The notes beneath the pieces are model-generated. The model made no database searches and was not told the DNA's origin. It saw nothing but the letters and a program-made list of their open reading frames with translations. This document shows positions 14,192-25,836 of a stretch of DNA of 64,000 nt, in pieces. Position numbers and translations under genes: made by a program. Positions within the stretch are counted from its first letter, which is position 1. Each line of letters starts with the position of its first letter. The stretch is taken from assembly GCF_057098645.1 (NCBI RefSeq), contig NZ_CM169472.1; one strand, written 5' to 3'.

Positions 14192-17077
14192 ATGGGCATC
14201 AAACAACACAATGGGAATACCAAAGCCGATCGTCTCGCTGAATTAAAAATCCGTTCGCCCTCAATTCAACTGATAAAATTTGGCGCTATTGGTTTGAATG
14301 CAATTATCTTTTCCCCCCTGCTGATAGCTGCTGATACAGGAAGTCAATATGGCACCAATATTACTATTAATGATGGTGACAGAATTACAGGAGATACCGC
14401 CGATCCATCAGGAAACCTCTATGGTGTAATGACCCCAGCAGGAAACACGCCTGGCAATATCAACTTGGGTAATGATGTCACCGTCAATGTCAACGACGCC
14501 TCTGGATATGCAAAAGGAATCATTATTCAGGGCAAAAACAGCTCCCTGACAGCTAACCGACTCACAGTAGATGTTGTTGGCCAAACCTCTGCCATCGGCA
14601 TTAATTTAATTGGTGACTATACCCATGCTGACTTAGGCACAGGCAGCACCATTAAGAGTAACGATGACGGCATCATTATTGGGCATAGCTCAACACTAAC
14701 AGCCACTCAATTCACCATTGAAAACTCGAACGGTATAGGCCTAACCATCAATGACTATGGCACCAGTGTCGATCTTGGAAGCGGAAGTAAAATCAAGACC
14801 GATGGAAGTACAGGTGTTTATATCGGTGGTCTCAACGGCAATAACGCCAATGGTGCTGCGCGTTTTACGGCGACAGACCTGACAATCGATGTTCAGGGAT
14901 ACAGCGCCATGGGGATAAACGTACAGAAAAACTCTGTTGTCGATCTCGGAACAAACAGTACCATTAAAACCAATGGCGATAATGCTCACGGCCTCTGGAG
15001 CTTTGGCCAGGTTAGCGCGAATGCACTCACTGTTGATGTAACTGGAGCCGCGGCCAATGGCGTCGAAGTTCGTGGTGGTACAACCACTATCGGTGCAGAT
15101 AGCCATATTTCTTCCGCGCAGGGCGGTAGTCTCGTAGCCAGTGGTTCAGACGCGACAATCAATTTTTCTGGCACGGCAGCGCAACGAAACAGCATCTTTT
15201 CCGGCGGTTCTTATGGTGCCTCGGCCCAGACGGCAACGGCTGTTATCAACATGCAAAATACCGATATTACGGTTGATCGTAATGGCAGTCTGGCGCTGGG
15301 TTTGTGGGCGCTCAGCGGCGGTAGAATAACCGGAGACAGTTTGGCTATCACCGGCGCGGCAGGAGCCAGGGGGATTTATGCCATGACCAACAGCCAGATC
15401 GACCTCACGAGCGATCTGGTCATTGATATGAGTACACCCGACCAGATGGCCATCGCAACGCAACATGACGATGGTTATGCCGCCAGCCGCATCAACGCCT
15501 CGGGTCGTATGCTTATCAACGGTAGCGTTCTTTCCAAAGGTGGGCTAATCAATCTGGATATGCACTCTGGGTCGGTTTGGACAGGTTCCTCCCTCAGCGA
15601 TAATGTCAATGGCGGGAAACTGGACGTTGCAATGAATAACAGCGTCTGGAACGTAACAAGTAATTCTAATCTCGACACGCTGGCGCTGAGCCATTCAACT
15701 GTCGATTTTGCCAGCCACGCATCAACTGCCGGCACATTTACCACATTAAACGTAGAGAACCTGAGCGGTAACAGTACCTTTATTATGCGTGCTGATGTTG
15801 TTGGCGAGGGTAATGGCGTTAATAATAAAGGGGATTTATTGAATATCAGCGGGAGTAGTGCTGGTAATCACGTATTGGCTATCCGCAACCAGGGCAGCGA
15901 GGCCACAACGGGAAATGAAGTTCTGACAGTGGTAAAAACCACTGACGGTGCGGCCTCGTTCAGCGCGTCTTCTCAGGTTGAGTTGGGGGGATATCTGTAC
16001 GATGTGCGTAAAAATGGCACTAACTGGGAGCTTTACGCTTCCGGGACAGTTCCGGAACCGACTCCTAATCCTGAACCAACACCGGCTCCCGCTCAGCCTC
16101 CCATAGTCAACCCCGATCCTACGCCTGAACCCGATCCTACGCCTAACCCCACTCCCACACCTAAACCCACCACGACCGCAGATGCTGGCGGCAATTATCT
16201 CAATGTCGGTTACTTATTAAACTATGTTGAAAACCGTACGCTGATGCAACGAATGGGTGACCTGCGAAATCAGAGTAAAGACGGTAATATCTGGCTGCGC
16301 AGTTATGGGGGAAGCCTGGACTCCTTCTCCAGTGGCAAACTGAGCGGCTTTGACATGGGTTACAGCGGTATCCAGTTTGGTGGGGATAAACGTCTCTCTG
16401 ATGAAATGCCGTTGTATGTCGGTCTGTATATTGGCTCAACACATGCATCGCCGGACTATAGCGGAGGCGACGGTACCGCACGTTCAGACTATATGGGAAT
16501 GTACGCCAGTTACATGGCACACAGCGGTTTTTACAGCGATCTCGTTGTAAAAGCATCGCGCCAGAAAAATAGTTTCCACGTACGGGACAGTCAGAACAAC
16601 GGCGTTAACGCCAACGGCACTGCGAATGGATTGAGCATCTCCCTGGAAGCCGGGCAGAGGTTCAACCTGACCCCTACTGGTTATGGGTTCTATATAGAGC
16701 CGCAAACCCAGCTCACATACAGCCACCAGAATGAGATGGCTATGAAGGCGAGTAATGGTCTCAATATACATCTGAATCACTACGAATCGCTGCTGGGGCG
16801 TGCCAGCATGATACTAGGATATGACATCACCGCAGGTAAAAGCCAGCTGAATATCTATGTGAAGACTGGCGCTATCCACGAGTTTTCAGGGGATACAGAA
16901 TATCTGTTGAACAACTCCCGGGAGAAGTACAGTTTCAAAGGTAATGGCTGGAATAATGGCGTGGGAGTCAGTGCACAGTATAACAAACAGCACACATTCT
17001 ACCTCGAAGCGGATTACACGCAGGGTAACCTCTTTGATCAGAAGCAAGTCAACGGAGGATATCGCTTCAGCTTTTAA
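14192..17077 (+). CDS. ycgV: Autotransporter adhesin (pertactin-like passenger, Pro/Thr-rich linker, C-terminal beta-barrel)
   Basis: 961 aa; linker PEPTPNPEPTPAPAQPPIVNPDPTPEPDPTPNPTPTPKPTT; C-terminal ...GGYRFSF; preceded by an ~840-bp AT-rich region. Confidence 0.85.
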   Translation: MGIKQHNGNTKADRLAELKIRSPSIQLIKFGAIGLNAIIFSPLLIAADTGSQYGTNITINDGDRITGDTADPSGNLYGVMTPAGNTPGNINLGNDVTVNVNDASGYAKGIIIQGKNSSLTANRLTVDVVGQTSAIGINLIGDYTHADLGTGSTIKSNDDGIIIGHSSTLTATQFTIENSNGIGLTINDYGTSVDLGSGSKIKTDGSTGVYIGGLNGNNANGAARFTATDLTIDVQGYSAMGINVQKNSVVDLGTNSTIKTNGDNAHGLWSFGQVSANALTVDVTGAAANGVEVRGGTTTIGADSHISSAQGGSLVASGSDATINFSGTAAQRNSIFSGGSYGASAQTATAVINMQNTDITVDRNGSLALGLWALSGGRITGDSLAITGAAGARGIYAMTNSQIDLTSDLVIDMSTPDQMAIATQHDDGYAASRINASGRMLINGSVLSKGGLINLDMHSGSVWTGSSLSDNVNGGKLDVAMNNSVWNVTSNSNLDTLALSHSTVDFASHASTAGTFTTLNVENLSGNSTFIMRADVVGEGNGVNNKGDLLNISGSSAGNHVLAIRNQGSEATTGNEVLTVVKTTDGAASFSASSQVELGGYLYDVRKNGTNWELYASGTVPEPTPNPEPTPAPAQPPIVNPDPTPEPDPTPNPTPTPKPTTTADAGGNYLNVGYLLNYVENRTLMQRMGDLRNQSKDGNIWLRSYGGSLDSFSSGKLSGFDMGYSGIQFGGDKRLSDEMPLYVGLYIGSTHASPDYSGGDGTARSDYMGMYASYMAHSGFYSDLVVKASRQKNSFHVRDSQNNGVNANGTANGLSISLEAGQRFNLTPTGYGFYIEPQTQLTYSHQNEMAMKASNGLNIHLNHYESLLGRASMILGYDITAGKSQLNIYVKTGAIHEFSGDTEYLLNNSREKYSFKGNGWNNGVGVSAQYNKQHTFYLEADYTQGNLFDQKQVNGGYRFSF

Positions 17078-17176
17078 GTGCGGGATAGACAAGCCCTTAA
17101 ACGATACTGAAAAATGTTAGCGTGCGCCGGAATGAAATATAGATCACTCTGATGTATCAGAAATCGTCTCTGTCTT

Positions 17177-19096
17177 TCATACCCGGCGCTTAAACTGCCC
17201 TGCATCAATGCCATGTTGCTTCATTTTCCGCCACAGCGTAGTGCGGCCGATTCCAAGTAAAGCCGACATTTCCTGAATGCGACCGCCTGTGACCTGGGCT
17301 GCGTTAATAATTGCCTCTTTTTCAACTTCCGCAAATGACAGACTGGTGGAAAGGCGTGTGGCGCTGACATCATCTGTTGCCTGCTCGGTAAACAGATGTT
17401 CCGGCAAATCACTGACGCGAATGCGCCCATTATCACTACTCAGAGCAAGATTCTCGATGACGCTGTAAAGTTCAAAATCGTTGCCAGGCCATGCACAGGA
17501 AACCAGGCGAGCGAGGGCATCGTCATCAATTTTCAGCCGCGTAGAGAAGCGTTTTTCAAGACTGCGTAATTTGTTATTCACCAGAGCCGGAATGCTGCCA
17601 CGCCGCATACGCAGAGGCGGGATGGTAATTTCAAATGCATGCAGCGCGTAATACAGCTGGCGACTAAAACGATTTTGTTCCACCAGCATTGCGAGGTCCG
17701 CGGTCGTTGTGGCAATCACTTTGACATCAATTGGTATTAAACGCCGCGCATCCAGTCGCGTGATAACACCCTGCTTGATAACCTGAAGCAAAGCAGACTG
17801 TAACTCCACCGCCAGATATTCAATCTTTTCAAGAAACAGCGTGCCGCCGTGCGCCAGTTCCAGCCGACTCAGACGGCCATTTTCATTGTCCGTGCGATCG
17901 CCGCCAATAAATTCTTCCGCCAGCACCGCATCACCATATAACTCACAATTGACGGCGATATAAGGACCTGCAGCACGCTCGCTTTCATTATGAATTGCCT
18001 GACTTAACAGTGCCTTGCCCACGCCCTCTTCTCCACAAAGCAGGACAGGAAAGCTACTGCGCGCTGCCTGGCGACCAAAATGAATCAAGCGGCGGGTTTG
18101 CGGATCGTCCTGTGGCATATGAGCGAAGGTATGGCTGACTTTTCCTAATTGACTGGTCATTAACTGCCGCATCTGTTCCACAGGATGGAGCAACAAAATA
18201 AAGCTGGTTCCCTGCGTTTCTATTATCGGTTTAAGGGTTATCACCGCATCAATAAACTGGTGCTGGCTTTCAAAGGTTGCTTCTACGTGTTTGAGCGGAT
18301 GTGCCTGTTTTATTGCTTGTTGCAATACGGCGGGTAACGTTAAGAGTTCAGTGATTGCCCGTCCCTGACTTGCCGTCGCGTCAAGGCGCAAGACCCGCGC
18401 CGCCTGGGCATTAATAAATTGCAAATTACCCTGCTCGTCCCAGCTAATCACGCCATCATCCATACTTTCTAACAGGGCATTAAGTTGATTTAAATGACGG
18501 TTAGTTTCAGCGAGCAAACTGTCCGTCAGCAGTAAATTACCGACCTCGCGGGCGATTGCCAACGTCAACGGCAAATCAGCTGCGGTAGTTTGCTCAACCG
18601 GACACGCCAGCGCTATTGTTCCCGTCAATCGGCCCTTGCTGTCAAACAACGGCGTTGCACAAAAGGCCCAGTTCCAGAGTGCCTGTTTGAAATGTTGATC
18701 GGCCATCGTTTTCACGGCCTGACCAGAGATAGCCGCTAACGATAGCGCACAAGTACCAATAATTCCCTCGGCGCAATACGTGCCGTCATTGAATCCCAGT
18801 GCACTTAGCTGCTGCAAGGTTTGCGGATCGCCATTACGGCTGAGAATGCAGGCGGTTTCATCGAGGATAAACAGCGCACACTCTCGCGGTGCCATATATT
18901 CCCAGGCATCTTCCAGAGCAGCCTGCCCGAGCGTCAGCATCGCTTTCTTACGCCGATAAATAGAAGCAAATGTCACGCCCTGGGCCTGATGTGGTACGTT
19001 CCATGTCTCCCGTTTCATCAGCTTATTGCATCGCTCCCAGGAGGTTGCAATTAAGGGAGATATGCCCCGACCATCGTTGTTAAAAGCGCCACTCAT
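17177..19096 (-). CDS. dhaR: Sigma-54-type enhancer-binding transcriptional activator of the dha operon
   Basis: AAA+ sigma-54 activator domain, C-terminal HTH; divergent from dhaK; start chosen as MSGAFNN (ORF extends to 19105). Confidence 0.85.
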   Translation of the reverse strand: MSGAFNNDGRGISPLIATSWERCNKLMKRETWNVPHQAQGVTFASIYRRKKAMLTLGQAALEDAWEYMAPRECALFILDETACILSRNGDPQTLQQLSALGFNDGTYCAEGIIGTCALSLAAISGQAVKTMADQHFKQALWNWAFCATPLFDSKGRLTGTIALACPVEQTTAADLPLTLAIAREVGNLLLTDSLLAETNRHLNQLNALLESMDDGVISWDEQGNLQFINAQAARVLRLDATASQGRAITELLTLPAVLQQAIKQAHPLKHVEATFESQHQFIDAVITLKPIIETQGTSFILLLHPVEQMRQLMTSQLGKVSHTFAHMPQDDPQTRRLIHFGRQAARSSFPVLLCGEEGVGKALLSQAIHNESERAAGPYIAVNCELYGDAVLAEEFIGGDRTDNENGRLSRLELAHGGTLFLEKIEYLAVELQSALLQVIKQGVITRLDARRLIPIDVKVIATTTADLAMLVEQNRFSRQLYYALHAFEITIPPLRMRRGSIPALVNNKLRSLEKRFSTRLKIDDDALARLVSCAWPGNDFELYSVIENLALSSDNGRIRVSDLPEHLFTEQATDDVSATRLSTSLSFAEVEKEAIINAAQVTGGRIQEMSALLGIGRTTLWRKMKQHGIDAGQFKRRV

Positions 19097-19323
19097 ATCC
19101 CGCATCCCTTATGACAAAAGGTGTTCCGGCTCGCAATTTTAAGTATTAATACACGTAAAAGTTTCAATATGGAACATTCATTAAAGCATATGTTTCACTA
19201 TGAAACATAATTTGGGCTAATTTTCTTTTCCCTTGCCTGATGCACAATGGATTCATCGGCAGTCAGTGGTCGCCGTGTCGTTGAACATCATCCATGCCCT
19301 ACCGTAATTGCTGGAGCAAAATA

Positions 19324-20394
19324 ATGAAAAAATTGATCAATGATGTGCAAGACGTACTGGACGAACAACTGGCAGGACTGGCGAAAGCGCATCCATCGCT
19401 GACACTGCATCAGGATCCGGTGTATGTCACCCGAGCTGATGCCCCCGTTACAGGAAAAGTCGCCCTGCTGTCGGGTGGCGGTAGCGGACACGAGCCGATG
19501 CACTGTGGTTATATCGGTCAGGGGATGCTTTCGGGGGCCTGTCCGGGCGAAATTTTCACCTCACCGACGCCCGATAAAATCTTTGAATGCGCCATGCAAG
19601 TTGATGGCGGCGAAGGTGTACTGTTGATTATCAAAAATTACACCGGCGATATTCTTAACTTTGAAACAGCGACCGAGTTACTGCACGATAGCGGCGTAAA
19701 AGTGACCACTGTGGTCATTGATGACGACGTTGCAGTAAAAGACAGTCTTTATACCGCCGGGCGGCGCGGCGTTGCCAACACCGTATTAATTGAAAAACTC
19801 GTAGGCGCTGCGGCGGAGCGTGGCGACTCACTGGACGCCTGTGCGGAACTGGGGCGTAAGTTGAATAATCAAGGCCACTCAATAGGTATCGCTCTCGGTG
19901 CCTGTACCGTTCCTGCCGCGGGCAAACCTTCTTTTACCCTGGCGGATAATGAGATGGAGTTTGGCGTCGGCATTCATGGTGAGCCGGGTATTGACCGCCG
20001 CCCCTTCTCTTCCCTTGATCAAACCGTCGATGAAATGTTCGACACCCTGCTGGAAAATGGCTCATACCATCGCACTTTGCGTTTCTGGGATTATCAACAA
20101 GGCAACTGGCAGGAAGAACCACAAACCAAACAACCGCTCCAGTCTGGCGATAGGGTGATTGCGCTGGTTAACAATCTTGGCGCAACTCCACTTTCTGAGC
20201 TGTACGGCGTCTATAACCGCCTGACCACACGTTGCCAGCAAGCGGGATTGACTATCGAGCGTAATTTAATTGGCGCGTACTGCACCTCACTGGATATGAC
20301 CGGTTTCTCAATCACCTTACTGAAAGTTGATGACGAAACGCTGGCACTCTGGGACGCCCCTGTCCACACCCCGGCCCTTAACTGGGGTAAATAA
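19324..20394 (+). CDS. dhaK: Dihydroxyacetone kinase, dihydroxyacetone-binding subunit
   Basis: 356 aa from ATG 19324 (MKKLINDVQ...). Confidence 0.9.
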   Translation: MKKLINDVQDVLDEQLAGLAKAHPSLTLHQDPVYVTRADAPVTGKVALLSGGGSGHEPMHCGYIGQGMLSGACPGEIFTSPTPDKIFECAMQVDGGEGVLLIIKNYTGDILNFETATELLHDSGVKVTTVVIDDDVAVKDSLYTAGRRGVANTVLIEKLVGAAAERGDSLDACAELGRKLNNQGHSIGIALGACTVPAAGKPSFTLADNEMEFGVGIHGEPGIDRRPFSSLDQTVDEMFDTLLENGSYHRTLRFWDYQQGNWQEEPQTKQPLQSGDRVIALVNNLGATPLSELYGVYNRLTTRCQQAGLTIERNLIGAYCTSLDMTGFSITLLKVDDETLALWDAPVHTPALNWGK

Positions 20395-20404
20395 GGAGAA
20401 AGCA

Positions 20405-21037
20405 ATGTCACTGAGCAGAACTCAAATTGTTAACTGGCTCACTCGTTGTGGCGATATTTTCAACACCGAGAGCGAGTATCTTACCGGACTGGATCGCGAG
20501 ATTGGCGACGCTGACCACGGGCTAAATATGAACCGAGGCTTTAGCAAAGTGGTGGAAAAACTCCCTGCTATCGCAGATAAAGATATCGGTTTCATTCTCA
20601 AGAATACCGGTATGACGCTGCTTTCCAGCGTCGGTGGTGCCAGTGGTCCGCTGTTCGGTACCTTCTTTATCCGCGCCGCACAGGCGACCCAGGCACGGCA
20701 AAGCCTGACGCTGGAAGAGCTTTATCAGATGTTCCGCGATGGTGCGGACGGCGTAATCAGTCGCGGGAAAGCCGAACCTGGCGATAAAACCATGTGTGAT
20801 GTGTGGGTGCCGGTGGTGGAATCGTTACGTCAGTCCAGCGAGCAAAATCTCTCTGTTCCGGCGGCGCTCGAAGCTGCCAGTAGCATCGCCGAATCCGCTG
20901 CACAAAGTACGATTACGATGCAAGCCCGCAAAGGCCGCGCCAGTTATCTCGGTGAACGCAGTATTGGTCACCAGGATCCCGGCGCGACCTCGGTGATGTT
21001 TATGATGCAAATGTTGGCGTTAGCCGCAAAAGAGTAA
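20405..21037 (+). CDS. dhaL: Dihydroxyacetone kinase, ADP-binding subunit
   Basis: 210 aa from ATG 20405 (MSLSRTQIVNWL...). Confidence 0.9.
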   Translation: MSLSRTQIVNWLTRCGDIFNTESEYLTGLDREIGDADHGLNMNRGFSKVVEKLPAIADKDIGFILKNTGMTLLSSVGGASGPLFGTFFIRAAQATQARQSLTLEELYQMFRDGADGVISRGKAEPGDKTMCDVWVPVVESLRQSSEQNLSVPAALEAASSIAESAAQSTITMQARKGRASYLGERSIGHQDPGATSVMFMMQMLALAAKE

Positions 21038-21041
21038 GGAA

Positions 21042-22466
21042 TTGGTGATGGTAAACCTGGTCATAGTTTCACATAGCAGCCGACTGGGAGAAGGTGTCGG
21101 TGAATTAGCCCGTCAGATGTTAATGAGTGATAATTGTAAAATCGCCATTGCTGCGGGAATTGACGATCCACAAAATCCCATTGGTACCGATGCCGTCAAA
21201 GTGATGGAGGCCATAGAATCTGTTGCCGATGCCGACCATGTGCTGGTCATGATGGATATGGGTAGCGCATTATTGAGTGCTGAAACTGCGCTGGAATTGC
21301 TGGCTCCCGAGATCGCCGCAAAAGTACGTTTGTGTGCTGCGCCGTTGGTCGAAGGTACACTGGCAGCAACGGTCAGCGCGGCCTCGGGGGCGGATATCGA
21401 CAAAGTTATCTTTGACGCCATGCATGCGCTGGAAGCCAAACGTGAACAACTGGGTTTACCGTCCTCCGACACTGAAATCTCTGACACATGTCCTCCGTAC
21501 GATGAAGAAGCCCGTTCTCTGGCGGTGGTCATAAAGAACCGTAACGGCCTGCATGTACGTCCAGCCTCCCGGCTGGTTTATACCTTATCGACATTTAATG
21601 CCGATATGTTGCTGGAGAAAAACGGCAAATGCGTCACACCGGAGAGTATTAACCAGATTGCGTTACTACAAGTTCGCTATAACGATACGCTGCGCCTGAT
21701 TGCGAAAGGGCCAGAAGCTGAAGAGGCACTGATCGCTTTCCGTCAGCTGGCTGAAGATAACTTTGGTGAAACTGAGGAAGTTGCTCCACCTACTCTGCGT
21801 CCCGTTCCGCCTGTTTCGGGTAAAGCCTTTTATTATCAACCGGTTTTATGTACGGTACAGGCCAAATCAACCCTGACCGTGGAAGAGGAACAAGATCGAT
21901 TACGCCAGGCCATTGACTTCACGTTATTAGATCTGATGACGTTAACAGCGAAAGCAGAAGCCAGCGGGCTTGACGATATTGCCGCAATCTTTTCTGGTCA
22001 CCATACACTGTTAGATGATCCGGAACTGCTGGCGGCGGCAAGCGAACTCCTTCAGCACGAACATTGCACGGCAGAATATGCCTGGCAGCAAGTTCTTAAA
22101 GAACTTAGCCAGCAATACCAGCAACTGGATGATGAATATCTACAAGCTCGCTATATTGATGTGGACGATCTTCTGCATCGCGCCCTGGTCCACCTGACCC
22201 AAACGAAAGAAGAACTCCCGCAGTTTAACTCGCCAACTATTCTACTGGCGGAGAACATTTATCCTTCCACAGTACTGCAACTGGATCCGGCGGTTGTAAA
22301 AGGTATCTGCCTTAGCGCCGGAAGTCCGGTATCCCACAGCGCCCTGATCGCCCGTGAACTGGGGATTGGCTGGATTTGCCAGCAGGGTGAGAAACTGTAT
22401 GCGATACAACCAGAAGAAAAGCTAACGCTGGACGTTAAAACGCAACGTTTCAACCGTCAGGGTTAA
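21042..22466 (+). CDS. dhaM: PTS-dependent dihydroxyacetone kinase phosphotransferase subunit (multidomain)
   Basis: 474-aa ORF (start may be 6 nt downstream); HPr-like and EI-like segments. Confidence 0.85.
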   Translation: MVMVNLVIVSHSSRLGEGVGELARQMLMSDNCKIAIAAGIDDPQNPIGTDAVKVMEAIESVADADHVLVMMDMGSALLSAETALELLAPEIAAKVRLCAAPLVEGTLAATVSAASGADIDKVIFDAMHALEAKREQLGLPSSDTEISDTCPPYDEEARSLAVVIKNRNGLHVRPASRLVYTLSTFNADMLLEKNGKCVTPESINQIALLQVRYNDTLRLIAKGPEAEEALIAFRQLAEDNFGETEEVAPPTLRPVPPVSGKAFYYQPVLCTVQAKSTLTVEEEQDRLRQAIDFTLLDLMTLTAKAEASGLDDIAAIFSGHHTLLDDPELLAAASELLQHEHCTAEYAWQQVLKELSQQYQQLDDEYLQARYIDVDDLLHRALVHLTQTKEELPQFNSPTILLAENIYPSTVLQLDPAVVKGICLSAGSPVSHSALIARELGIGWICQQGEKLYAIQPEEKLTLDVKTQRFNRQG

Positions 22467-22786
22467 GCCACCGTTCGGATGGCATCGTTCTGATGTCATC
22501 CGGCAATTTACTCAGCACTAATGTTTTTTAACTACCTGTTATATTTTTCACCAATTTATGATGACTTTTTCTTCGCTAATCGCGAACCAAACGCCGCTGG
22601 CTGGCTAATAAACAGACGTTATTTGATCACTCTATTTCGCCGTTATTTATCCCTTTAATTCCCTTTTCTAAAATGCCTGACAGTTCGCAGAATGAGATTT
22701 CGATCATGCAGCTAGTGCGATCCTGAACTAAGGTTTTCTGATACTTGAATACCGTTTTATTCGGTTTCGCCTAAGGAGAATGATTG

Positions 22787-24484
22787 ATGAAATCCCCCGC
22801 ACCTTCTCGCCCGCAAAAAATGGCGTTAATTCCAGCCTGCATCTTTTTGTGTTTCGCTGCGCTATCGGTGCAGGCAGAAGAAACACCGGTAACGCCACAG
22901 CCGCCTGATATTTTATTAGGGCCGCTGTTTAATGATGTGCAAAACGCCAAACTTTTTCCGGACCAAAAAACCTTTGCCGATGCCGTGCCGAACAGCGATC
23001 CGCTGATGATCCTTGCTGATTATCGGATGCAGCAAAACCAGAGCGGATTTGATCTGCGCCATTTCGTTAACGTCAATTTCACCCTGCCGACAGAGGGCGA
23101 GAAATATGTTCCGCCAGAGGGACAGTCACTGCGCGAACATATTGACGGACTTTGGCCGGTATTAACGCGTTCTACCGAAAACACCGAAAAATGGGATTCT
23201 CTGTTACCGCTGCCGGAACCTTATGTCGTGCCGGGCGGACGTTTTCGCGAGGTATATTACTGGGACAGTTACTTCACCATGTTAGGACTTGCCGAAAGCG
23301 GTCACTGGGATAAAGTCGCGGATATGGTGGCCAATTTTGCTCATGAAATAGACACTTACGGTCATATTCCCAACGGCAACCGCAGTTACTATTTAAGCCG
23401 CTCGCAGCCGCCCTTCTTTGCCCTGATGGTAGAGTTACTGGCGCAGCATGAAGGCGATGCCGCGTTGAAGCAATACCTGCCGCAAATGCAAAAAGAATAT
23501 GCTTACTGGATGGACGGTGTTGAAAACCTGCAAGCCGGACAACAGGAAAAACGCGTTGTAAAACTTCAGGATGGTACCCTTCTCAACCGCTACTGGGACG
23601 ATCGCGATACGCCACGACCAGAGTCATGGGTGGAAGATATTGCCACCGCTAAAAGCAATCCGAATCGACCTGCCACTGAAATTTACCGCGACCTGCGCTC
23701 TGCCGCTGCGTCTGGCTGGGATTTCAGCTCGCGCTGGATGGACAACCCGCAGCAACTAAATACCTTACGCACCACCAGCATCGTACCGGTCGATCTGAAC
23801 AGCCTGATGTTCAAAATGGAAAAAATCCTTGCCCGCGCCAGCAAAGCTGCCGGAGATAACGCGATGGCAAACCAGTACGAAACACTGGCAAATGCCCGTC
23901 AAAAAGGGATCGAAAAATACCTGTGGAACGATCAACAAGGCTGGTATGCCGATTACGACCTGAAAAGTCATAAAGTGCGCAATCAGTTAACCGCTGCCGC
24001 CCTGTTCCCGCTGTACGTCAATGCGGCAGCGAAAGATCGCGCCAACAAAATGGCGACGGCGACGAAAACACATCTGCTGCAACCAGGCGGCCTGAACACC
24101 ACGTCGGTGAAAAGTGGGCAACAATGGGATGCGCCAAATGGCTGGGCACCGTTGCAGTGGGTCGCGACAGAAGGATTACAAAACTACGGGCAAAAAGAGG
24201 TGGCGATGGACATTAGCTGGCACTTCCTGACCAATGTTCAGCACACCTATGACCGGGAGAAAAAGCTGGTGGAAAAATATGATGTCAGCACCACCGGAAC
24301 GGGGGGCGGCGGTGGCGAATATCCATTACAGGATGGCTTTGGCTGGACCAATGGCGTGACGCTGAAAATGCTGGATTTGATCTGCCCGAAAGAGCAACCG
24401 TGTGACAATGTTCCGGCGACGCGTCCACTCAGTGAATCAACAACACAGCCGGTAAAACAAAAAGAGGCGGAACCTACGCCTTAA
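22787..24484 (+). CDS. treA: Periplasmic trehalase
   Basis: 565 aa with signal peptide; glycoside hydrolase family 37 trehalase sequence. Confidence 0.95.
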   Translation: MKSPAPSRPQKMALIPACIFLCFAALSVQAEETPVTPQPPDILLGPLFNDVQNAKLFPDQKTFADAVPNSDPLMILADYRMQQNQSGFDLRHFVNVNFTLPTEGEKYVPPEGQSLREHIDGLWPVLTRSTENTEKWDSLLPLPEPYVVPGGRFREVYYWDSYFTMLGLAESGHWDKVADMVANFAHEIDTYGHIPNGNRSYYLSRSQPPFFALMVELLAQHEGDAALKQYLPQMQKEYAYWMDGVENLQAGQQEKRVVKLQDGTLLNRYWDDRDTPRPESWVEDIATAKSNPNRPATEIYRDLRSAAASGWDFSSRWMDNPQQLNTLRTTSIVPVDLNSLMFKMEKILARASKAAGDNAMANQYETLANARQKGIEKYLWNDQQGWYADYDLKSHKVRNQLTAAALFPLYVNAAAKDRANKMATATKTHLLQPGGLNTTSVKSGQQWDAPNGWAPLQWVATEGLQNYGQKEVAMDISWHFLTNVQHTYDREKKLVEKYDVSTTGTGGGGGEYPLQDGFGWTNGVTLKMLDLICPKEQPCDNVPATRPLSESTTQPVKQKEAEPTP

Positions 24485-24813
24485 CTTTGCTGTATATCGA
24501 GCAATGCCATTATGTGCATAAAATTGGCATTGCTCTTTTTTCGCCACGAAATGCCCCCATTCTACGGTCTATGCCTTTATTTTCTTTTATCAGAGAAGAT
24601 TTTAATTTTATTTTATCAATTTGTTAATCATTACACCTCTATTTATATTTTTCGCCACTCCGCCATTCTCCCTGACAATTTTCTTGTGGAACAAAGTGTT
24701 ATTTAAGCAACAAGCAAATCACTCTGTCTCTTTAGACAAATTTTGACATCAAACATGATTTTTTTCGATATATATGTAAATATATAGCGATTTTAATTAT
24801 CAGGATATAACTT

Positions 24814-25836
24814 ATGTCACTAACCAGACGGAGGTTTACACAGATTCTTGCGTCGACGTTGTTGATGCATCATCTGCCTTCTTTTGCACAATCAGTCAAA
24901 TTCTGGGCCTCACTGACGCTTCCCGAAGCCCAAAACATTACACGCATCGTCAGCGCAGGTGCGCCCGCCGATTTGCTATTGCTGGCTGTCGCGCCAGAAA
25001 AAATGGTCGGTTTTTCCTCTTTTGATTTTGCCCGTCAGGCATTAATTCCATTGCCAGAGCACATTCGCCAGTTACCCAGGCTGGGACGACTCGCCGGGCG
25101 CGCCAGCACACTCTCGCTGGAAGGGCTTATGGCGTTACATCCCGATTTGGTCGTTGATTGCGGCAATACGGATGAAACCTGGATCTCCCAGGCACGGCAG
25201 GTTAGCGAACAGACACAAATACCCTGGTTATTGCTTAACGGGAAACTGGAGCAATCAGCAGAACAGTTAACAACGCTTAGCAAAACGTTAGGCGAAGAGC
25301 ATCGCGCCGCAGAACAAGCCAATCTCGCCAGCCGCTTCGTTGGTGAAGCTCAGGCATTCGCCACCTCACCCGCCGCTAACCTCCGCTTTTATGCTGCGCG
25401 CGGTCCTCGAGGGCTGGAAACGGGCTTAAAGGGTTCGTTGCATACCGAGGCGGCGGAATTATTAGGTTTGCACAACGTCGCGCAAATAGCCGATCGCCAC
25501 GGCCTGACACAGGTTTCCATGGAAAATCTCCTGCGCTGGCAGCCGGATATTATTCTGGTTCAGGAGGCCGTTACTGCAGACTTTATTCGTCGTGATCCTC
25601 TCTGGCAGGGCGTGAAAGCCGTTGCGGAACAACGCATCTTATTTTTAAGTGGCTTGCCCTTTGGCTGGCTGGATGCCCCACCGGGAATCAACCGTCTTCT
25701 GGGATTACGCAGACTTCACGCCTGGCTGGATCCCGCCATCAATCGCCAGTTTAAAAGTGACATGCAGCATTACGCCCAACTGTTCTGGCATTGTTCACTC
25801 AGTGACGCCGACTATCAAAAATTGGTGGCGAGCTAA
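24814..25836 (+). CDS. Periplasmic substrate-binding protein, class III (FecB/BtuF/FhuD-like), possible Tat-type signal (TRRRFTQ)
   Basis: 340 aa; N-terminal signal; first gene of a translationally coupled operon (TAATG overlap with next gene). Confidence 0.75.
   Translation: MSLTRRRFTQILASTLLMHHLPSFAQSVKFWASLTLPEAQNITRIVSAGAPADLLLLAVAPEKMVGFSSFDFARQALIPLPEHIRQLPRLGRLAGRASTLSLEGLMALHPDLVVDCGNTDETWISQARQVSEQTQIPWLLLNGKLEQSAEQLTTLSKTLGEEHRAAEQANLASRFVGEAQAFATSPAANLRFYAARGPRGLETGLKGSLHTEAAELLGLHNVAQIADRHGLTQVSMENLLRWQPDIILVQEAVTADFIRRDPLWQGVKAVAEQRILFLSGLPFGWLDAPPGINRLLGLRRLHAWLDPAINRQFKSDMQHYAQLFWHCSLSDADYQKLVAS

Noticed and set aside
14741-15466. Several 60-120 aa ORFs on both strands inside ycgV
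   Set aside because: Embedded in the Gly/Thr/Asn-rich repetitive passenger domain of a long, intact autotransporter frame; alternate-frame artefacts.
16050-16170. Pro/Thr-rich repeat (PEPTPNPEPTP...) as a tandem DNA repeat or variable-number locus
   Set aside because: It is the normal linker between passenger and beta-domain of autotransporters; the nucleotide repeats are short and imperfect.
24512-24706. 64-aa ORF between treA and the uptake operon
   Set aside because: Low-complexity, AT-rich, Phe/Leu/Ile-rich translation typical of a promoter region; no RBS.
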